A stretch of DNA of 64,000 nucleotides from an uncultured delta proteobacterium. GTDB taxonomy: Bacteria; Desulfobacterota; Binatia; Binatales; Binataceae. Shown piece after piece: positions 27,861 through 38,217 of the stretch. A program made the translations under genes and the position numbers. The DNA lies in the NCBI GenBank assembly GCA_963808235.1, contig CAWEEQ010000004.1, forward strand, positions 896,001-960,000, in the 5' to 3' direction. The stretch's first letter is position 1; the number at the start of each line of letters is the position of its first letter. The notes beneath the pieces were generated by a model. That model saw only the letters and a list, made by a program, of their open reading frames with translations. It made no database searches and was not told the DNA's origin.

Positions 27861-30800
27861 TTACATGGTGCCCTGTGGACATCCGAGACCGGCTGGAACA
27901 TGGATCGTAACAAGAGCATTTGCACCTTGATCCGCAGCGCCAGGTATTTCAATTATCAGTTGTCCTGGAAACCGCTGCTGGAGAAGTGCGCGCGCGCCGG
28001 CTGGCCCCACCACGTCGGTCACGCTAGAAAACGAGGCATTGCCGATAGTGCCAGAGATTTGTGCCGCGGAAGGGGCGAGGGCGGCGCCATTCGCAACTCC
28101 GAACTGCTGTGGAATTACCGCGGCTGTACCAGCCTGAACCGTCTGGCCGGGGATGCCACCGGGTCTACCCACGAGGCGCATGTTGCCTGCGAGACCGCGC
28201 CCCACACCCGTGCATGTTGGGTCGGAGGTCGCCGGCAAGGGACTTTCGGTCGGGGCTTCGCTGATTCCATTAAGTGTGGTTAGCACCGGGCCTGGCATTT
28301 GCTTTTCCTTGCGCGTGGGCGTCTGCTGGTCGCTCCCGCCAAAGAGATCGAGGCCAAATATCTCTTCGAGAATCGAAGCGATTATTGAAACCGGAATTCC
28401 GACAGGGGGAACAGCGATATCCAAGCCGGATAGTGCTACCAGTTGAGTCGCTAAAAATTGTGCCGCCAAACCTGCGGCGAGCGAAGAAGCATCTCGTACA
28501 GCGGTATTAGCTGCGTATTGACCGACTTGCTCTCCGAAACTTGGCCCGCCATTGCCTCCGCTCGATCCTCCGCCACCCCCGGAGCCTCCTCCGCCACCGC
28601 CGCCACCGCCCGCACCAGTAGTGCTGGTGGGACCAATTTCCGACAAGGGTCGTACTAGCCGGGGGCTGTAATACACGCTCATTGTGTAATAGAGCCCGGT
28701 CGGATCCATCTCCATTGCGCCAAACTCATACGGGTCGGGTATCGATGCGCCGCTGACTGTCGGAGTTCCGTTCGGGTCATAGGTGAACGAGTTCGCGACG
28801 CTCCCAGTCGAAGCGACATGGGCGATCGTCGAGCCGCTCAGATCATGCAACGGTACCCAAATTGAGGTTGTCCCGGAAACTGTATTCGCGAACGCAACGA
28901 CTTCGCCCAATCCCGGAATCACCAGAATGTCATTGGTCGAGACTCCAGCCGTGGAATGCACGACCATCGAGCCGTCGTGAAGATACGCTGTGGAAGTACC
29001 TGCCGACACCGCGATCCGGCGACGGCTGAGCGCGTCGTAGGTCGGAGTCAATCCGGGAGAGATTGTCCCCACGCTCGAAAGCTGGTTGCGCGAGTCCCAC
29101 GAATAGGTTGCCAAGGTTGCCGGATCAGAAGTCAGATTGCTGGCGGCGTCGTGCGTTGCCGATGCGTTGTTGAAAAGCTTGATCTGGTTGGTGTTGGTGT
29201 AGGTCGCGGTAATCAACGGGGGAAGATTGACACGTGCGAACGTGCCGCCCTCGCCCACGACGCGGCCGTCAGTATCGTAGCTATAGGTCAGGTTGCCTAG
29301 CATCGTGCCGGTGACACCCGAACAGGTCGGACCGCTTAGCGCCGTGCTGCTGTCTCCGTAGTACAATGCGCACGGGCGTGACGCGGCATCGTAAGCATAA
29401 GCCGTCATGACTCCATTCGCCGCCACGCCGGTGGTGGTCAAGCTCGCGCGGCGACCGTCGCCGTCGTAAGCCAAAGCTGCGGCTACGCTAGGATTCGAAA
29501 CCGTTTTGAGTTGATCGTCGTTGAAATAGGTGTAGTTGGCCTGAGCCTGGGTTCCGGCCTGCATCGTCGTGCGTCGGCCGTTGGTGTCGTAGTTGTAGGT
29601 GACGGTGCCCTCCGGAGTCGTTTCTGTCAGGATATTGTCCATGCCATCGTAGGTATAAGTGAGCTCCGGGTTATTGACATTATATGCAGAGTCGGTAATC
29701 GAGATGATATTATCGAACGCATCGTGAGTATAATTCAAGGTCCGGGTATCGATGCCACTGACGTTGTTCGTATTGAAAACGATCTTATAGATCCGCCCGA
29801 ATGCGCCATAGGTATAGTTATCGACAACTCCTCTCTTGTCTGTGAACTGGCTTCGCCGCCCCATCACGTCCTGGTTTTCGACTGTGCACTTGCTGTTGGC
29901 ATCACAGCTCGTGATCACGTCCAGCGTCCCGTTCCGTGTGATCGTTGACACGTTGCCGTTAGCGTCCGTGATCTGCTTAACATTGCCGGTCAAATCATAG
30001 AGATAGCTGGTAGAATTGTTGTCCCCGTCAACCTGCGTCGTGACCTCGCTCAACGCATTGTACGCATACGTTGTAGTTTCCCGCAGCGGCGATGTGGCAG
30101 TAATCACCCGTCCTACGTTATCGGTCACATATGTGGTCTCGTTGCCCAATGAATCGGTCACTGAGGCCAAGTCGCCGTTGGAATTGTAACTGTAAGACGT
30201 CGGTGGGTTGCCGAGCGGATCGGTGACGCTCTTAGTCTGTCCGTTCTGAAAAAAGACTATAGTCGTTGTCCTACCTAGCGGGTCCGTAAACGTCTCGTTC
30301 GGAATTGAGTCGCTATAGACATACGTGGTTGCAGGAGTCAACGGTTCCTTAACGCTCGCGATCCGGTCGAAAGTCGGCTCATAGGTGTAGGTCGTCGTGG
30401 CGGACGGATTACTCGTTCCAGGCCCTGGCGTATGCGTGACGGTAAGCAGATCGCCGGTGGTTGGATCGTAGGTGTAGCTCGAAGTCCTGGCGTTCGCTCC
30501 ATTCTGGTCGGTCTGTACGAGTGATTGAATAAATTCACACTCGCCGGTCTCCTGAGTCCCGCAAGTCCCACGAGTGATGGTGGTGGGTTCATTGTTGGTT
30601 AACGCCGGATTCCGGTTGTCTTTGATCAAGTATCCGTTCTGATCGAAATTGAAATTCCGGGTGAAAGTATCCGGCAAGACGACGTGACATTGCTGGATAA
30701 ACGTATTTGTGGGATCGAGCGCGTAAGTGTACTGATAGCCGCCGGCCGGAACGGTGGTACTGATCCCATTGAACCGGTTTTTTGCATCGTAAGTTATGAA

Positions 30801-31745
30801 CGTCGAATACTGCGAGGGGCCTCCGCTCGTTTGGTTGTGAGTGTTCTGAATAATCGTGGTAAGGTCGCCCTGCCCTGCATTTGCGGTCTGCTGATATTGG
30901 TAGGTAGTTGTCGCATTGGTGTCGTAGCTTACTTGCGTCACCGAGGTGAGTGCCGCAGAAGTGCCGTCGTAAGTGTAGTCAACCTCTCTGGTGCCGCCAC
31001 TGTCTTTGATCGAACTCGGGTTTTTCGGGTGGTTACACTGCGTGCCGTAAGTGAAAGTCACGTACCGTCCCGAAGATGAACTGACCTGGGTGATTACGGG
31101 TGTGACGGGGCTGCACGAATTGACTGCCCGGGTGATGGTTATCGCGTTGCCGTACCGATCGGTGATGCTCTGCAGCGCGGCACCAGAAGGGAAAAAATAG
31201 ACGGTTCCGTCCTTGCGCTTCAGATCCCAGCCCGGGGTGCTCGAGTTGTAAGTGATGACCGAGTTGAACCAGGCTCCAGTTGGTTGCGAATTGCAGGTAA
31301 GGCTGGCGGTCGTGTAGGAACTGCAATTCGCACCCGCGGTACACTGGCAAGTTATCTGCCCGCCATCCGGCATGACCACGCTGGCGTTCGCATACGGGTT
31401 AGCCTGGTTGTTAACCTCGGCGCTCGAGTAGAGGTAAATGTCATAGTTCAGACTGGTGCCCAGACCAAAGGCGCGATTGTACCAAGTGCCGTTACCGTTC
31501 TGATCGCGTGACCGATACACGCGCGTAATGTTGATCGGCATCGAGCCGGCGACTGAGAGATCGGTTTTGGTATAGGTGAAGAGGCCGCTGGAAAGTGCCG
31601 TGAAACTCTCGCCGGGAGCCGGACCTTTATTCGGCGGAGTCCCTCCGGTAAGCACGTAAGCTTGCGCGATCTGGCTGGAAGCCAGAAGCGCGAGCACCGC
31701 AATAATGAGGACCGTAGCCGCCTTGAAACAGGATTGAGTCTTCAT
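27861..31745 (-). CDS. Rhs/YD-repeat protein with signal peptide and variable C-terminal domain
   Basis: Signal peptide (..ASSQIAQA), DUF6531-like N region (TDLSVAGSMPINITRVYRS..FGLG), many TDPLG/YxYD repeats, degenerate core end, poly-Gly linker, CT domain. Confidence 0.92.
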   Translation of the reverse strand: MKTQSCFKAATVLIIAVLALLASSQIAQAYVLTGGTPPNKGPAPGESFTALSSGLFTYTKTDLSVAGSMPINITRVYRSRDQNGNGTWYNRAFGLGTSLNYDIYLYSSAEVNNQANPYANASVVMPDGGQITCQCTAGANCSSYTTASLTCNSQPTGAWFNSVITYNSSTPGWDLKRKDGTVYFFPSGAALQSITDRYGNAITITRAVNSCSPVTPVITQVSSSSGRYVTFTYGTQCNHPKNPSSIKDSGGTREVDYTYDGTSAALTSVTQVSYDTNATTTYQYQQTANAGQGDLTTIIQNTHNQTSGGPSQYSTFITYDAKNRFNGISTTVPAGGYQYTYALDPTNTFIQQCHVVLPDTFTRNFNFDQNGYLIKDNRNPALTNNEPTTITRGTCGTQETGECEFIQSLVQTDQNGANARTSSYTYDPTTGDLLTVTHTPGPGTSNPSATTTYTYEPTFDRIASVKEPLTPATTYVYSDSIPNETFTDPLGRTTTIVFFQNGQTKSVTDPLGNPPTSYSYNSNGDLASVTDSLGNETTYVTDNVGRVITATSPLRETTTYAYNALSEVTTQVDGDNNSTSYLYDLTGNVKQITDANGNVSTITRNGTLDVITSCDANSKCTVENQDVMGRRSQFTDKRGVVDNYTYGAFGRIYKIVFNTNNVSGIDTRTLNYTHDAFDNIISITDSAYNVNNPELTYTYDGMDNILTETTPEGTVTYNYDTNGRRTTMQAGTQAQANYTYFNDDQLKTVSNPSVAAALAYDGDGRRASLTTTGVAANGVMTAYAYDAASRPCALYYGDSSTALSGPTCSGVTGTMLGNLTYSYDTDGRVVGEGGTFARVNLPPLITATYTNTNQIKLFNNASATHDAASNLTSDPATLATYSWDSRNQLSSVGTISPGLTPTYDALSRRRIAVSAGTSTAYLHDGSMVVHSTAGVSTNDILVIPGLGEVVAFANTVSGTTSIWVPLHDLSGSTIAHVASTGSVANSFTYDPNGTPTVSGASIPDPYEFGAMEMDPTGLYYTMSVYYSPRLVRPLSEIGPTSTTGAGGGGGGGGGSGGGGGSSGGNGGPSFGEQVGQYAANTAVRDASSLAAGLAAQFLATQLVALSGLDIAVPPVGIPVSIIASILEEIFGLDLFGGSDQQTPTRKEKQMPGPVLTTLNGISEAPTESPLPATSDPTCTGVGRGLAGNMRLVGRPGGIPGQTVQAGTAAVIPQQFGVANGAALAPSAAQISGTIGNASFSSVTDVVGPAGARALLQQRFPGQLIIEIPGAADQGANALVTIHVPAGLGCPQGTM

Positions 31746-31756
31746 ATGGTCCTCAT

Positions 31757-32335
31757 TTAGTTCTGTGTGAATTGGAAGGGGAGTGAGGCTTCGCCGGTTG
31801 GCGTCGTCAAAGTGTTGAGTCCAGGCGCGGCTCCAGTCGGAACGATGGCCACGATCGTGGTCTGCGTCGAGGAGATAATCGTGGCGTTCACTTGTCCATT
31901 GTGGCCATTGTTGAAAGCCACGGTGTTCTGCGCGGGACTCGTGCCAAAGCCGTCTCCAGAAATCAAAAATTGAGTACCGACCGGGCCATTGTTCGGTGAC
32001 ACGGCAATAATGACCAGCTGAGTGCCGTTAGGCTTGGTAATCGACTGAAGGTTGCCGACGCCGTCGTACTTATACTGGGCGACATTGCCCGAGCCGTCGT
32101 TGACCCCGACCATACGGCCCGCGCTGTCGTAGACGTAGGTCGGCCCCGCGGATCGGGCATTGGGCACGAATGCCGGGAAAAACTGAGTCAGCGTTACGGA
32201 TGCAATCAGAAAGAACACGACGATTCCGATCTTCCGAAAGATCGGTGCCTCCGGAAGCGATCCAGCGTTTGTCTGATATGCCGGCTCGCACCGTTTCATT
32301 CGGCGGACGAGACTCCGCCGTGTGCTTCGCAACAT
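31757..32335 (-). CDS. small YD-repeat plus IPT/TIG-domain exported protein
   Basis: Hydrophobic segment, YVYDSAGRM, YKYDGVGNL, then SPNNGPVGTQFLISGDGFG..NTVAF..IVPTGA (IPT/TIG). Confidence 0.78.
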   Translation of the reverse strand: MLRSTRRSLVRRMKRCEPAYQTNAGSLPEAPIFRKIGIVVFFLIASVTLTQFFPAFVPNARSAGPTYVYDSAGRMVGVNDGSGNVAQYKYDGVGNLQSITKPNGTQLVIIAVSPNNGPVGTQFLISGDGFGTSPAQNTVAFNNGHNGQVNATIISSTQTTIVAIVPTGAAPGLNTLTTPTGEASLPFQFTQN

Positions 32336-32626
32336 AGGAAACCCTCCTTCGTTGACGAGCGATTCAGACAGAAAAATTTAGTGCGTGACTCTAGTAGGCG
32401 GGCAATCGACGCGTGTCAGTTTTTCTGCAAGTGAGAAACACCTGTCGCAGATCCTCCTACAACTAGCAATGATCAAATTAACAAGTTGATTACTTTTCTG
32501 TCGTAATTGTCACCACGATGACCTCACGGCTTGCATCGTAGACTTCTAGTCATCTCTCTTGGTCATCTAGTGAGCGATAATTATCTGAAACTCTCCTAGC
32601 GCGTCCTTAGCGCTCGTAACCGCGCG

Positions 32627-34108
32627 CTATACCGTCGGTGCGGCGGGGGGTGATGTAGTTGGTGTGGGAGCTGCGGTCCGCAGCTGAGTTGGGGTTGGCG
32701 AGGGAGTTGGTGTTGGGGTGGGCGTGGGCGTTGGAGTTGGAGTGAGTGTCAGAGTTGGAGTGGGTGTTGGGGTCGGTGACGGAGTGGGTGTGGGAGTTGG
32801 AGTCGGAGTGGGGGTGGGTGTTGGGGTTGGAGTTAGTGTCGGGGTTGTGGTTGGGGTTGCTGTGGGGGTTGGGCGGATCCAGGTGATGGGTTCGCGGACC
32901 CAGATGAGAGTGGCGCTATGGCCGGCGCGGGCTTCGGTCATGTCTGCGGTGGCGGTGAATTTGTTGGTCGAGGGATCGAAGATTTCCGCTTTGGAAAGTG
33001 GTTTGTAATCCAGATCCCAGCCGCCTGCGAGCAGCACGGTTCCGTCGGGCAGGAGCGTCGCCGAGTGTCCGGAACGCGCCGCCGCGATCATCTTCGGTCC
33101 GGCGATGAACTTGCCCGACGCCGGATCGTAAAACTCTGTGGAGTTGTCGCCGCGACCGCCGGCGATCAGAACGCGCCCGTCGTTGAGCAGTGTCGCGGTA
33201 TGCCCGGCCCGGCTCTGAATCATCTGCGGACCGGGACGAATCGTTTGATGCGGTTCGTCGAAGATTTCGGTGCTGTCGACAGCGCCGCTCCTGGCGAAGG
33301 GGCATCCGCCGGCGATCAGAACGTTCCCGTCCGCGAGCATCGTAGTGGTGTGATACAGGCGATTGTCACTGAGCTTGCCGGCAAAGTGAAACTTACCGTC
33401 GGAGGGATTGTAGACCTCGACTTTGAGGAATCCGCCGCCGGCGATCAGCACGCCGCCGCTGCGGATCAAGGTAGCGGTCTGGCCGTGGCGGCTCGAAGCC
33501 ATCTCGCCGGTTTCGGAAAAGGTGTTGGACTTCGGATCGTAGAGTTCCGCCACGCTCGACTCGCCGCCGACGATCAGGACTTTGCCGTTTTGCAGCGTTG
33601 TCGCCGTGGGTCCGTCGCGGGAAAATTTCATACTCGGCGCCGCGTCGAATTTCCCGTCGCCGGAACTGAAAATTTCGGCAGAGTGCAGAACCCATGGCAT
33701 CGCCGGTCCGGGAAACACGGTCAGAGGCACCAGCAGGGTGTTGATGCCGCCCACGAGCAGAACTCTGTCGATGCCGATCGCGGCGGCGGCAAACTGATCG
33801 CGCCGTTCGTTCATCGGAGCGATCGGGAGGAAGTTCTTCCGGACTGAATCGTAAATTTCAGCCGCGTTCAACACGCCCGGACTTTGTCCGGCGGGTAGAT
33901 CGACGGGACCCGTGCCGCCCGCGATCAAGACCACGGGCTTCAATGCGGAAGGCGTGGCCGTCGAGGTCGGAGTTGCCCCGGGCGTGCGATGAGGATGCGA
34001 GCGTGGTCGCGCGCCCGCGGTCGCGGAGTGGACGGTGACCGCCGCCGCGCACAGAATAAAAATGCGCATAGCCTGACGAGCGCGTGAGCTGGTGCGGCGG
34101 TCTTTCAT
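32627..34108 (-). CDS. secreted Kelch-repeat beta-propeller protein with Pro-Thr tail
   Basis: Signal peptide, 6-7 repeats of R.GHTATLL.DG.VLIAGG...E.YDP, C-terminal (PT)n. Confidence 0.9.
   Translation of the reverse strand: MKDRRTSSRARQAMRIFILCAAAVTVHSATAGARPRSHPHRTPGATPTSTATPSALKPVVLIAGGTGPVDLPAGQSPGVLNAAEIYDSVRKNFLPIAPMNERRDQFAAAAIGIDRVLLVGGINTLLVPLTVFPGPAMPWVLHSAEIFSSGDGKFDAAPSMKFSRDGPTATTLQNGKVLIVGGESSVAELYDPKSNTFSETGEMASSRHGQTATLIRSGGVLIAGGGFLKVEVYNPSDGKFHFAGKLSDNRLYHTTTMLADGNVLIAGGCPFARSGAVDSTEIFDEPHQTIRPGPQMIQSRAGHTATLLNDGRVLIAGGRGDNSTEFYDPASGKFIAGPKMIAAARSGHSATLLPDGTVLLAGGWDLDYKPLSKAEIFDPSTNKFTATADMTEARAGHSATLIWVREPITWIRPTPTATPTTTPTLTPTPTPTPTPTPTPTPTPSPTPTPTPTLTLTPTPTPTPTPTPTPSPTPTQLRTAAPTPTTSPPAAPTV
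32660..32875 (-). repeat. coding (Pro-Thr)n low-complexity repeat
   Basis: Degenerate 6-bp ggNgtN tandem array on the + strand. Confidence 0.9.
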
Positions 34109-34112
34109 CCGC

Positions 34113-35498
34113 TCACCTGCCTCCGCTCACCTGGTCCGCCGGTTGAGGAGATTTTGCCTCCTCAGTCGGCCACGGATTGTGCCGGACCTTATCCCACTGG
34201 TCTTCGAGCGCCGCTTGCTCGAGTGTGAGTCCGCGAGTCTCGTCGATGAAGAGCCAGAAGACCAGCGCGCTCGGAACGCCGAGCAACGCGAGGTAGCGGA
34301 TGACGCTCGCGAGTCCGCCGAGCGGTCCGATCAAGGCAGCGATCAGGAGCTGCGCCAGCATCGAGAATGCGGCTGCGGTTATGCTCTGCCATCCGATCAT
34401 GGTGGTGCGCAGCGCGGCGGGAAAAAGTTCGGTCGCCGCGGAGTTCGCGCCTACGGTCATCACGTCGGACGCGACTTTGAACCAGCAATACGCGACGGTA
34501 AGCCATAGGAACGGCCATCGCACAAATCCGGGCGGTCCCATGTAGAACGCGAAAGCGCCGAACCAGGCCGCGCCGCCCATGTAGACCACGGTGGGCACGC
34601 GTCCGAACCGCTCCGAGGTCCACGCGCCGAGCGGAAATCCGATCATGCCGACACCCGTTCCAGTAACCACCAGCGTGCTCGCGGCTACCGGCGAGAGGCC
34701 GAGGATCGAGATGGCTTGAAAGTAGAGCCATCCGTTGACCGCGGTGCCTGCGATCGTATCGAGCGCCGCGCAAGTCAATAGCGCGATCGATCGACGCCGA
34801 TAGATCGGATGGAAAATATCGTAGAAGTGACTGCGCTTGGCGCTTCCACTGGAACGCGCGCTCGACCACTTCGATTGCGCCGGGAGCATCGCGGCCACCG
34901 GCGCCACCAGCAACACTCCGGCTACCGACGGCGCGAGCAGCCATCGCCATGAGTAGTTCCACGCCAATAGCGCGGGAATGACCAGATAGCCAAGTAGCCC
35001 GCCGATAGCACTCGCCAACGCAGCGGCCGCCTGCCCGCGAGCGCGTTGCTTGACCGGAAGTTCTTCGGCGAGCAACACGATCGCCGACGAGACCGATCCA
35101 CCGAGCAGCGCGGAGACGAGTATCTCGAATGCCGCGAACGCAGCCGCAGTGGGAGCCAGCGCGGCTCCAGCGCAGAAGAGTGGGGCGAGCACCAAGCTGC
35201 CGAGAATCACCAGTCGGCGACCGACGCGATCGGCCAGTCGCGCGAGGAGCATCGAACCAAATGCGGATATCGCCATCCAGGCAAAAAGCCTGGCAAGTTT
35301 GCCTTCATCGAGGGCGAAGGTCTTCGCGATCCACGGCGCCGCTATGCCGACGCTCGACAGAGTGTAGCCCTGGTAGAGCAACAAAATGACGATTGCGCCA
35401 ACCGTAGTACTCGAGCGTGAGCCGGTCCGTTGAGTCTGCGGCGAGTCGGATGCGGAGGCGTCACTTCCCGCTTTTGGATTGCTCTTTTTTTTCGCCAC
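34113..35498 (-). CDS. MFS transporter
   Basis: LADRVGRR motif A, about 12 [20 protein letters not shown]; start uncertain (GTG 35498). Confidence 0.9.
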   Translation of the reverse strand: MAKKKSNPKAGSDASASDSPQTQRTGSRSSTTVGAIVILLLYQGYTLSSVGIAAPWIAKTFALDEGKLARLFAWMAISAFGSMLLARLADRVGRRLVILGSLVLAPLFCAGAALAPTAAAFAAFEILVSALLGGSVSSAIVLLAEELPVKQRARGQAAAALASAIGGLLGYLVIPALLAWNYSWRWLLAPSVAGVLLVAPVAAMLPAQSKWSSARSSGSAKRSHFYDIFHPIYRRRSIALLTCAALDTIAGTAVNGWLYFQAISILGLSPVAASTLVVTGTGVGMIGFPLGAWTSERFGRVPTVVYMGGAAWFGAFAFYMGPPGFVRWPFLWLTVAYCWFKVASDVMTVGANSAATELFPAALRTTMIGWQSITAAAFSMLAQLLIAALIGPLGGLASVIRYLALLGVPSALVFWLFIDETRGLTLEQAALEDQWDKVRHNPWPTEEAKSPQPADQVSGGR

Positions 35499-35652
35499 TG
35501 CCCGCTTCCGCAGCAAATTCAAGCGAAATCTACGCCAACTTGATACGGGCAATTATTTCGATATCGGTTATTGGTTTAACGATATCGGGTGCCGTCGTGC
35601 AAAGACGCGCGTCTTAAGCCAAAACACGACGAATTAGTTCGCGGTCAGGCGC

Positions 35653-35668
35653 AGGCATGCACGTTGCT
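35653..35668 (+). promoter_or_regulatory. putative sigma54 promoter
   Basis: AGGCATGCACGTTGCT = GG-N10-GC, about 70 bp upstream of the ABC gene. Confidence 0.55.
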
Positions 35669-35738
35669 TCACCTAAAGACCGAGCTTGTTCCTCGCGTTA
35701 CGCACCCTTGCATTTGAGTGATTCATTGAGAAATCCCT

Positions 35739-37631
35739 ATGAATCTTAAGCCGGAAAAAATTTCCAAGTCGGTAAGTTTTAGATTTATCAGACTCATCGG
35801 GCCGTATACGCGTCTGGTGGTGGGTGCCGCATTGATGGGCATCGGGAAGTTCACGCTGCCGCTCGTCGCTCCGCTAGTCTTCAAGTACGTGATCGACGTT
35901 TTGCTTGCTTCGCCGCCGAAGTTCGACTCGGTCATGCGCATGATCGACCACTTGTGCATCACGCTTTCAGGTCTGGCCGGTTACTCCGCAACTCCAACAA
36001 CCAAACTCGCGGCGCTCAGTATCGTGATGCTCGCTCTCTACGGGGTGCAATCGCTCGCCAGCTATTATCGCAACTATTGGGCGGGCCTTGCGGGAAACCG
36101 GCTGATTTTCGATCTCCAGTGTAGCTTGTTCTCGCATCTGCAGACTCTTCCTCACTCATTCTTCGATCAGAATCCAAGCGGCTCGATAGTCTCGCGCGTG
36201 CTCAACGACGTTCAGCAGGCCAATGAACTCGTAGGGTCGGCGCTTATCGACGTGTGGATGGACGGTGTCTCGCTGATGTTCGTGGTGGTCGCGTTGCTAT
36301 TGCTCGACTGGCGGCTGGCGCTCGTCGCGCTTTGTATTTCACCGCTGTGGGTCGCCTTCATGCGATTCTTCTCTCCGCGGATCAAATCGGTGAGCCATCG
36401 GATGCAGGAGACCATCGCGGAGATCTCCGGTGAAGTTCACGAACGGGTGGTCGGCGCCAGCACGATCAAATCCTTTTGCCGCGAGGATCATGAAGTCAAG
36501 CAATTCCGCTCTCAGACCCAGCGCCTGTTCAATCGCACGATCGACAAAGTAAAACTCGCGGCGCGACAGGAGATGCTGATTCAGCTGCTGACCCGCGCCG
36601 CACCGACAGTCGTGATCTGGGTGGGCGCGCTGATGATCCTCCGCGGCACGATGACGCTGGGCACGATGGTCGCGATCTACTTCTATCTCGGGTTCCTGTA
36701 TCTGCCGCTGGAACGATTCGCGCAATTGTCGGTTGTCGTCTCCACCGCGATGGCGGCTATCGAGCGAATCTTCGCGTTACTGGATCTGAAACCGGAGATA
36801 AGCGATCACGCGCTCAGCCGTCCGTTTGCGGTGCGAAGCGGGACGGTTCAGTTCGACGATGTTTCCTTCGGCTACAAGGTAGGCAGCGGAATGGCGAGGG
36901 GAATGGCGCTCGAAGGCCTGAATCTGCACGTCGCGGGCGGCTATCGGGTTGCGCTGGTAGGCCGATCGGGCGCGGGCAAGACCACGATGGCGAGTCTGAT
37001 TCCCCGCTTCTACGAAGCTACCCGGGGACGCGTTCTAATCGACGGCCGCGACGTGCGCCATTACACGCTGAAGTCGCTGCGCGAGCACGTTGCGATCGTT
37101 GCGCAGGACGCGCTGCTATTCAGCGCGAGTATCGGCGACAACTTGCGCTACGCGCGTCCCGATGCGACCGACGCGATGTTGAAGCGGGCGCTGGAGATGG
37201 CAAACCTGCGAGAGTTCGTCGAAGGCATGCCGGATGGCCTCGATACGATCATCGGCGAACGCGGATACAAAATTTCGGGCGGCCAGCGCCAGCGTCTCGC
37301 GATCGCGCGCGCGTTCCTCAAGGACTCGAAGATCGTAATTCTGGACGAAGCGACGTCAGCGGTGGATTCGGAATCGGAGAATCAGATCCACAACGCGATG
37401 GAGCGACTGATGGACGGCCGAACGGTCGTTCTCATTGCTCATCGCCTGCGCAGTGCGGTCACCGCCGACCTCATCGTCGCCATGGATCGCGGCCGAATCG
37501 TCGAGACCGGGCAGCATGCCGACTTGATGCGCCGCGGCGGCACCTACGCAAGACTGTTCAACGAGCAGGCTCGCGGACTTGCGCTGACGCAACCGCGCGC
37601 AGGATTCCGCTCGCGAATGGTGTCGCTCTAA
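35739..37631 (+). CDS. ABC exporter, fused TMD-NBD (MsbA/Sav1866 type)
   Basis: TM domain, GRSGAGKTT, ISGGQRQRLAIARA, ILDEATSAVD, IAHRL. Confidence 0.93.
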   Translation: MNLKPEKISKSVSFRFIRLIGPYTRLVVGAALMGIGKFTLPLVAPLVFKYVIDVLLASPPKFDSVMRMIDHLCITLSGLAGYSATPTTKLAALSIVMLALYGVQSLASYYRNYWAGLAGNRLIFDLQCSLFSHLQTLPHSFFDQNPSGSIVSRVLNDVQQANELVGSALIDVWMDGVSLMFVVVALLLLDWRLALVALCISPLWVAFMRFFSPRIKSVSHRMQETIAEISGEVHERVVGASTIKSFCREDHEVKQFRSQTQRLFNRTIDKVKLAARQEMLIQLLTRAAPTVVIWVGALMILRGTMTLGTMVAIYFYLGFLYLPLERFAQLSVVVSTAMAAIERIFALLDLKPEISDHALSRPFAVRSGTVQFDDVSFGYKVGSGMARGMALEGLNLHVAGGYRVALVGRSGAGKTTMASLIPRFYEATRGRVLIDGRDVRHYTLKSLREHVAIVAQDALLFSASIGDNLRYARPDATDAMLKRALEMANLREFVEGMPDGLDTIIGERGYKISGGQRQRLAIARAFLKDSKIVILDEATSAVDSESENQIHNAMERLMDGRTVVLIAHRLRSAVTADLIVAMDRGRIVETGQHADLMRRGGTYARLFNEQARGLALTQPRAGFRSRMVSL

Positions 37632-37761
37632 GCGTCGGAGACTCGGCTAGTCAGCGCAACCAGCGAATATCTATATTGATTTCCGCGGGGTGGCGAACTG
37701 ACTAGTATAAAAGATCGGCACTGGTTCACTGCAGGAAGAGCACCAGTGGCACGAATCCACG

Positions 37762-37989
37762 TTACTGAACGACGAAGAGCCGCCATTCGCCGGGCACGCC
37801 TTTGAGACTGTGCGCGCCGTGATCGGCGAATCGAAGTCCCGACCCGGCGACCGGGTCCTTGACTGTGCTCGATACCATCATCTCGTCCGGCTCTGCGCTC
37901 GCCGCGACCCGTGCCGCTATATGCACCGCGATTCCGCCGATATCGTCGCCGATTAGCTCGCACTCGCCGGTATGCAGTCCGGTACGGAC
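37762..37989 (-). pseudogene. C-terminal remnant of a class III adenylate/guanylate cyclase
   Basis: Reverse frame absent from the ORF track: [75 protein letters not shown]; no start codon before the upstream stop. Confidence 0.85.
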
Positions 37990-38076
37990 CCAACTGCTCA
38001 GTTGATCCAGCAGCCACTTCCGCAGACTCCGCTCAAGACGACGGAGAGCGTAAGACCGTTGACTTGAAAATCGGCA

Positions 38077-38202
38077 AGGACGAAAGTCCTCGTGGGGTAG
38101 AATCCCCGCACTCGTTCAGTTCAATCACAGCCAGTACCACTGGTGCTGGCGCGCTCTTGATCTTTAGTGGCACGGGCGTCCCTGCCCGTGATTCAACTGA
38201 AC
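38077..38202. repeat. cluster of hairpins / REP-like palindromes
   Basis: aggac-gaaa-gtcct; gtgggg..ccccgc; gttcagttcaatcac..gtgattcaactgaac (14/15 IR) enclosing gccagtacca-c-tggtgctggc and cacgggc-gtccct-gcccgtg. Confidence 0.6.
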
Positions 38203-38217
38203 CAGTCCCTGACGCCG

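Noticed and set aside
32660-32875. GT-rich tandem array as a telomere-like, G-quadruplex or phase-variable element
   Set aside because: Third positions vary synonymously, so it is explained as an encoded Pro-Thr linker.
37628-38017. 129-aa reverse ORF in the track
   Set aside because: Wrong frame; the cyclase-like signal lies in a different reverse frame.
38072-38110. c-di-GMP riboswitch or hammerhead ribozyme at ggcaaggacgaaagtcct
   Set aside because: A GAAA hairpin is present, but the GCAAA/second-stem pattern and the CUGAUGA core are absent.
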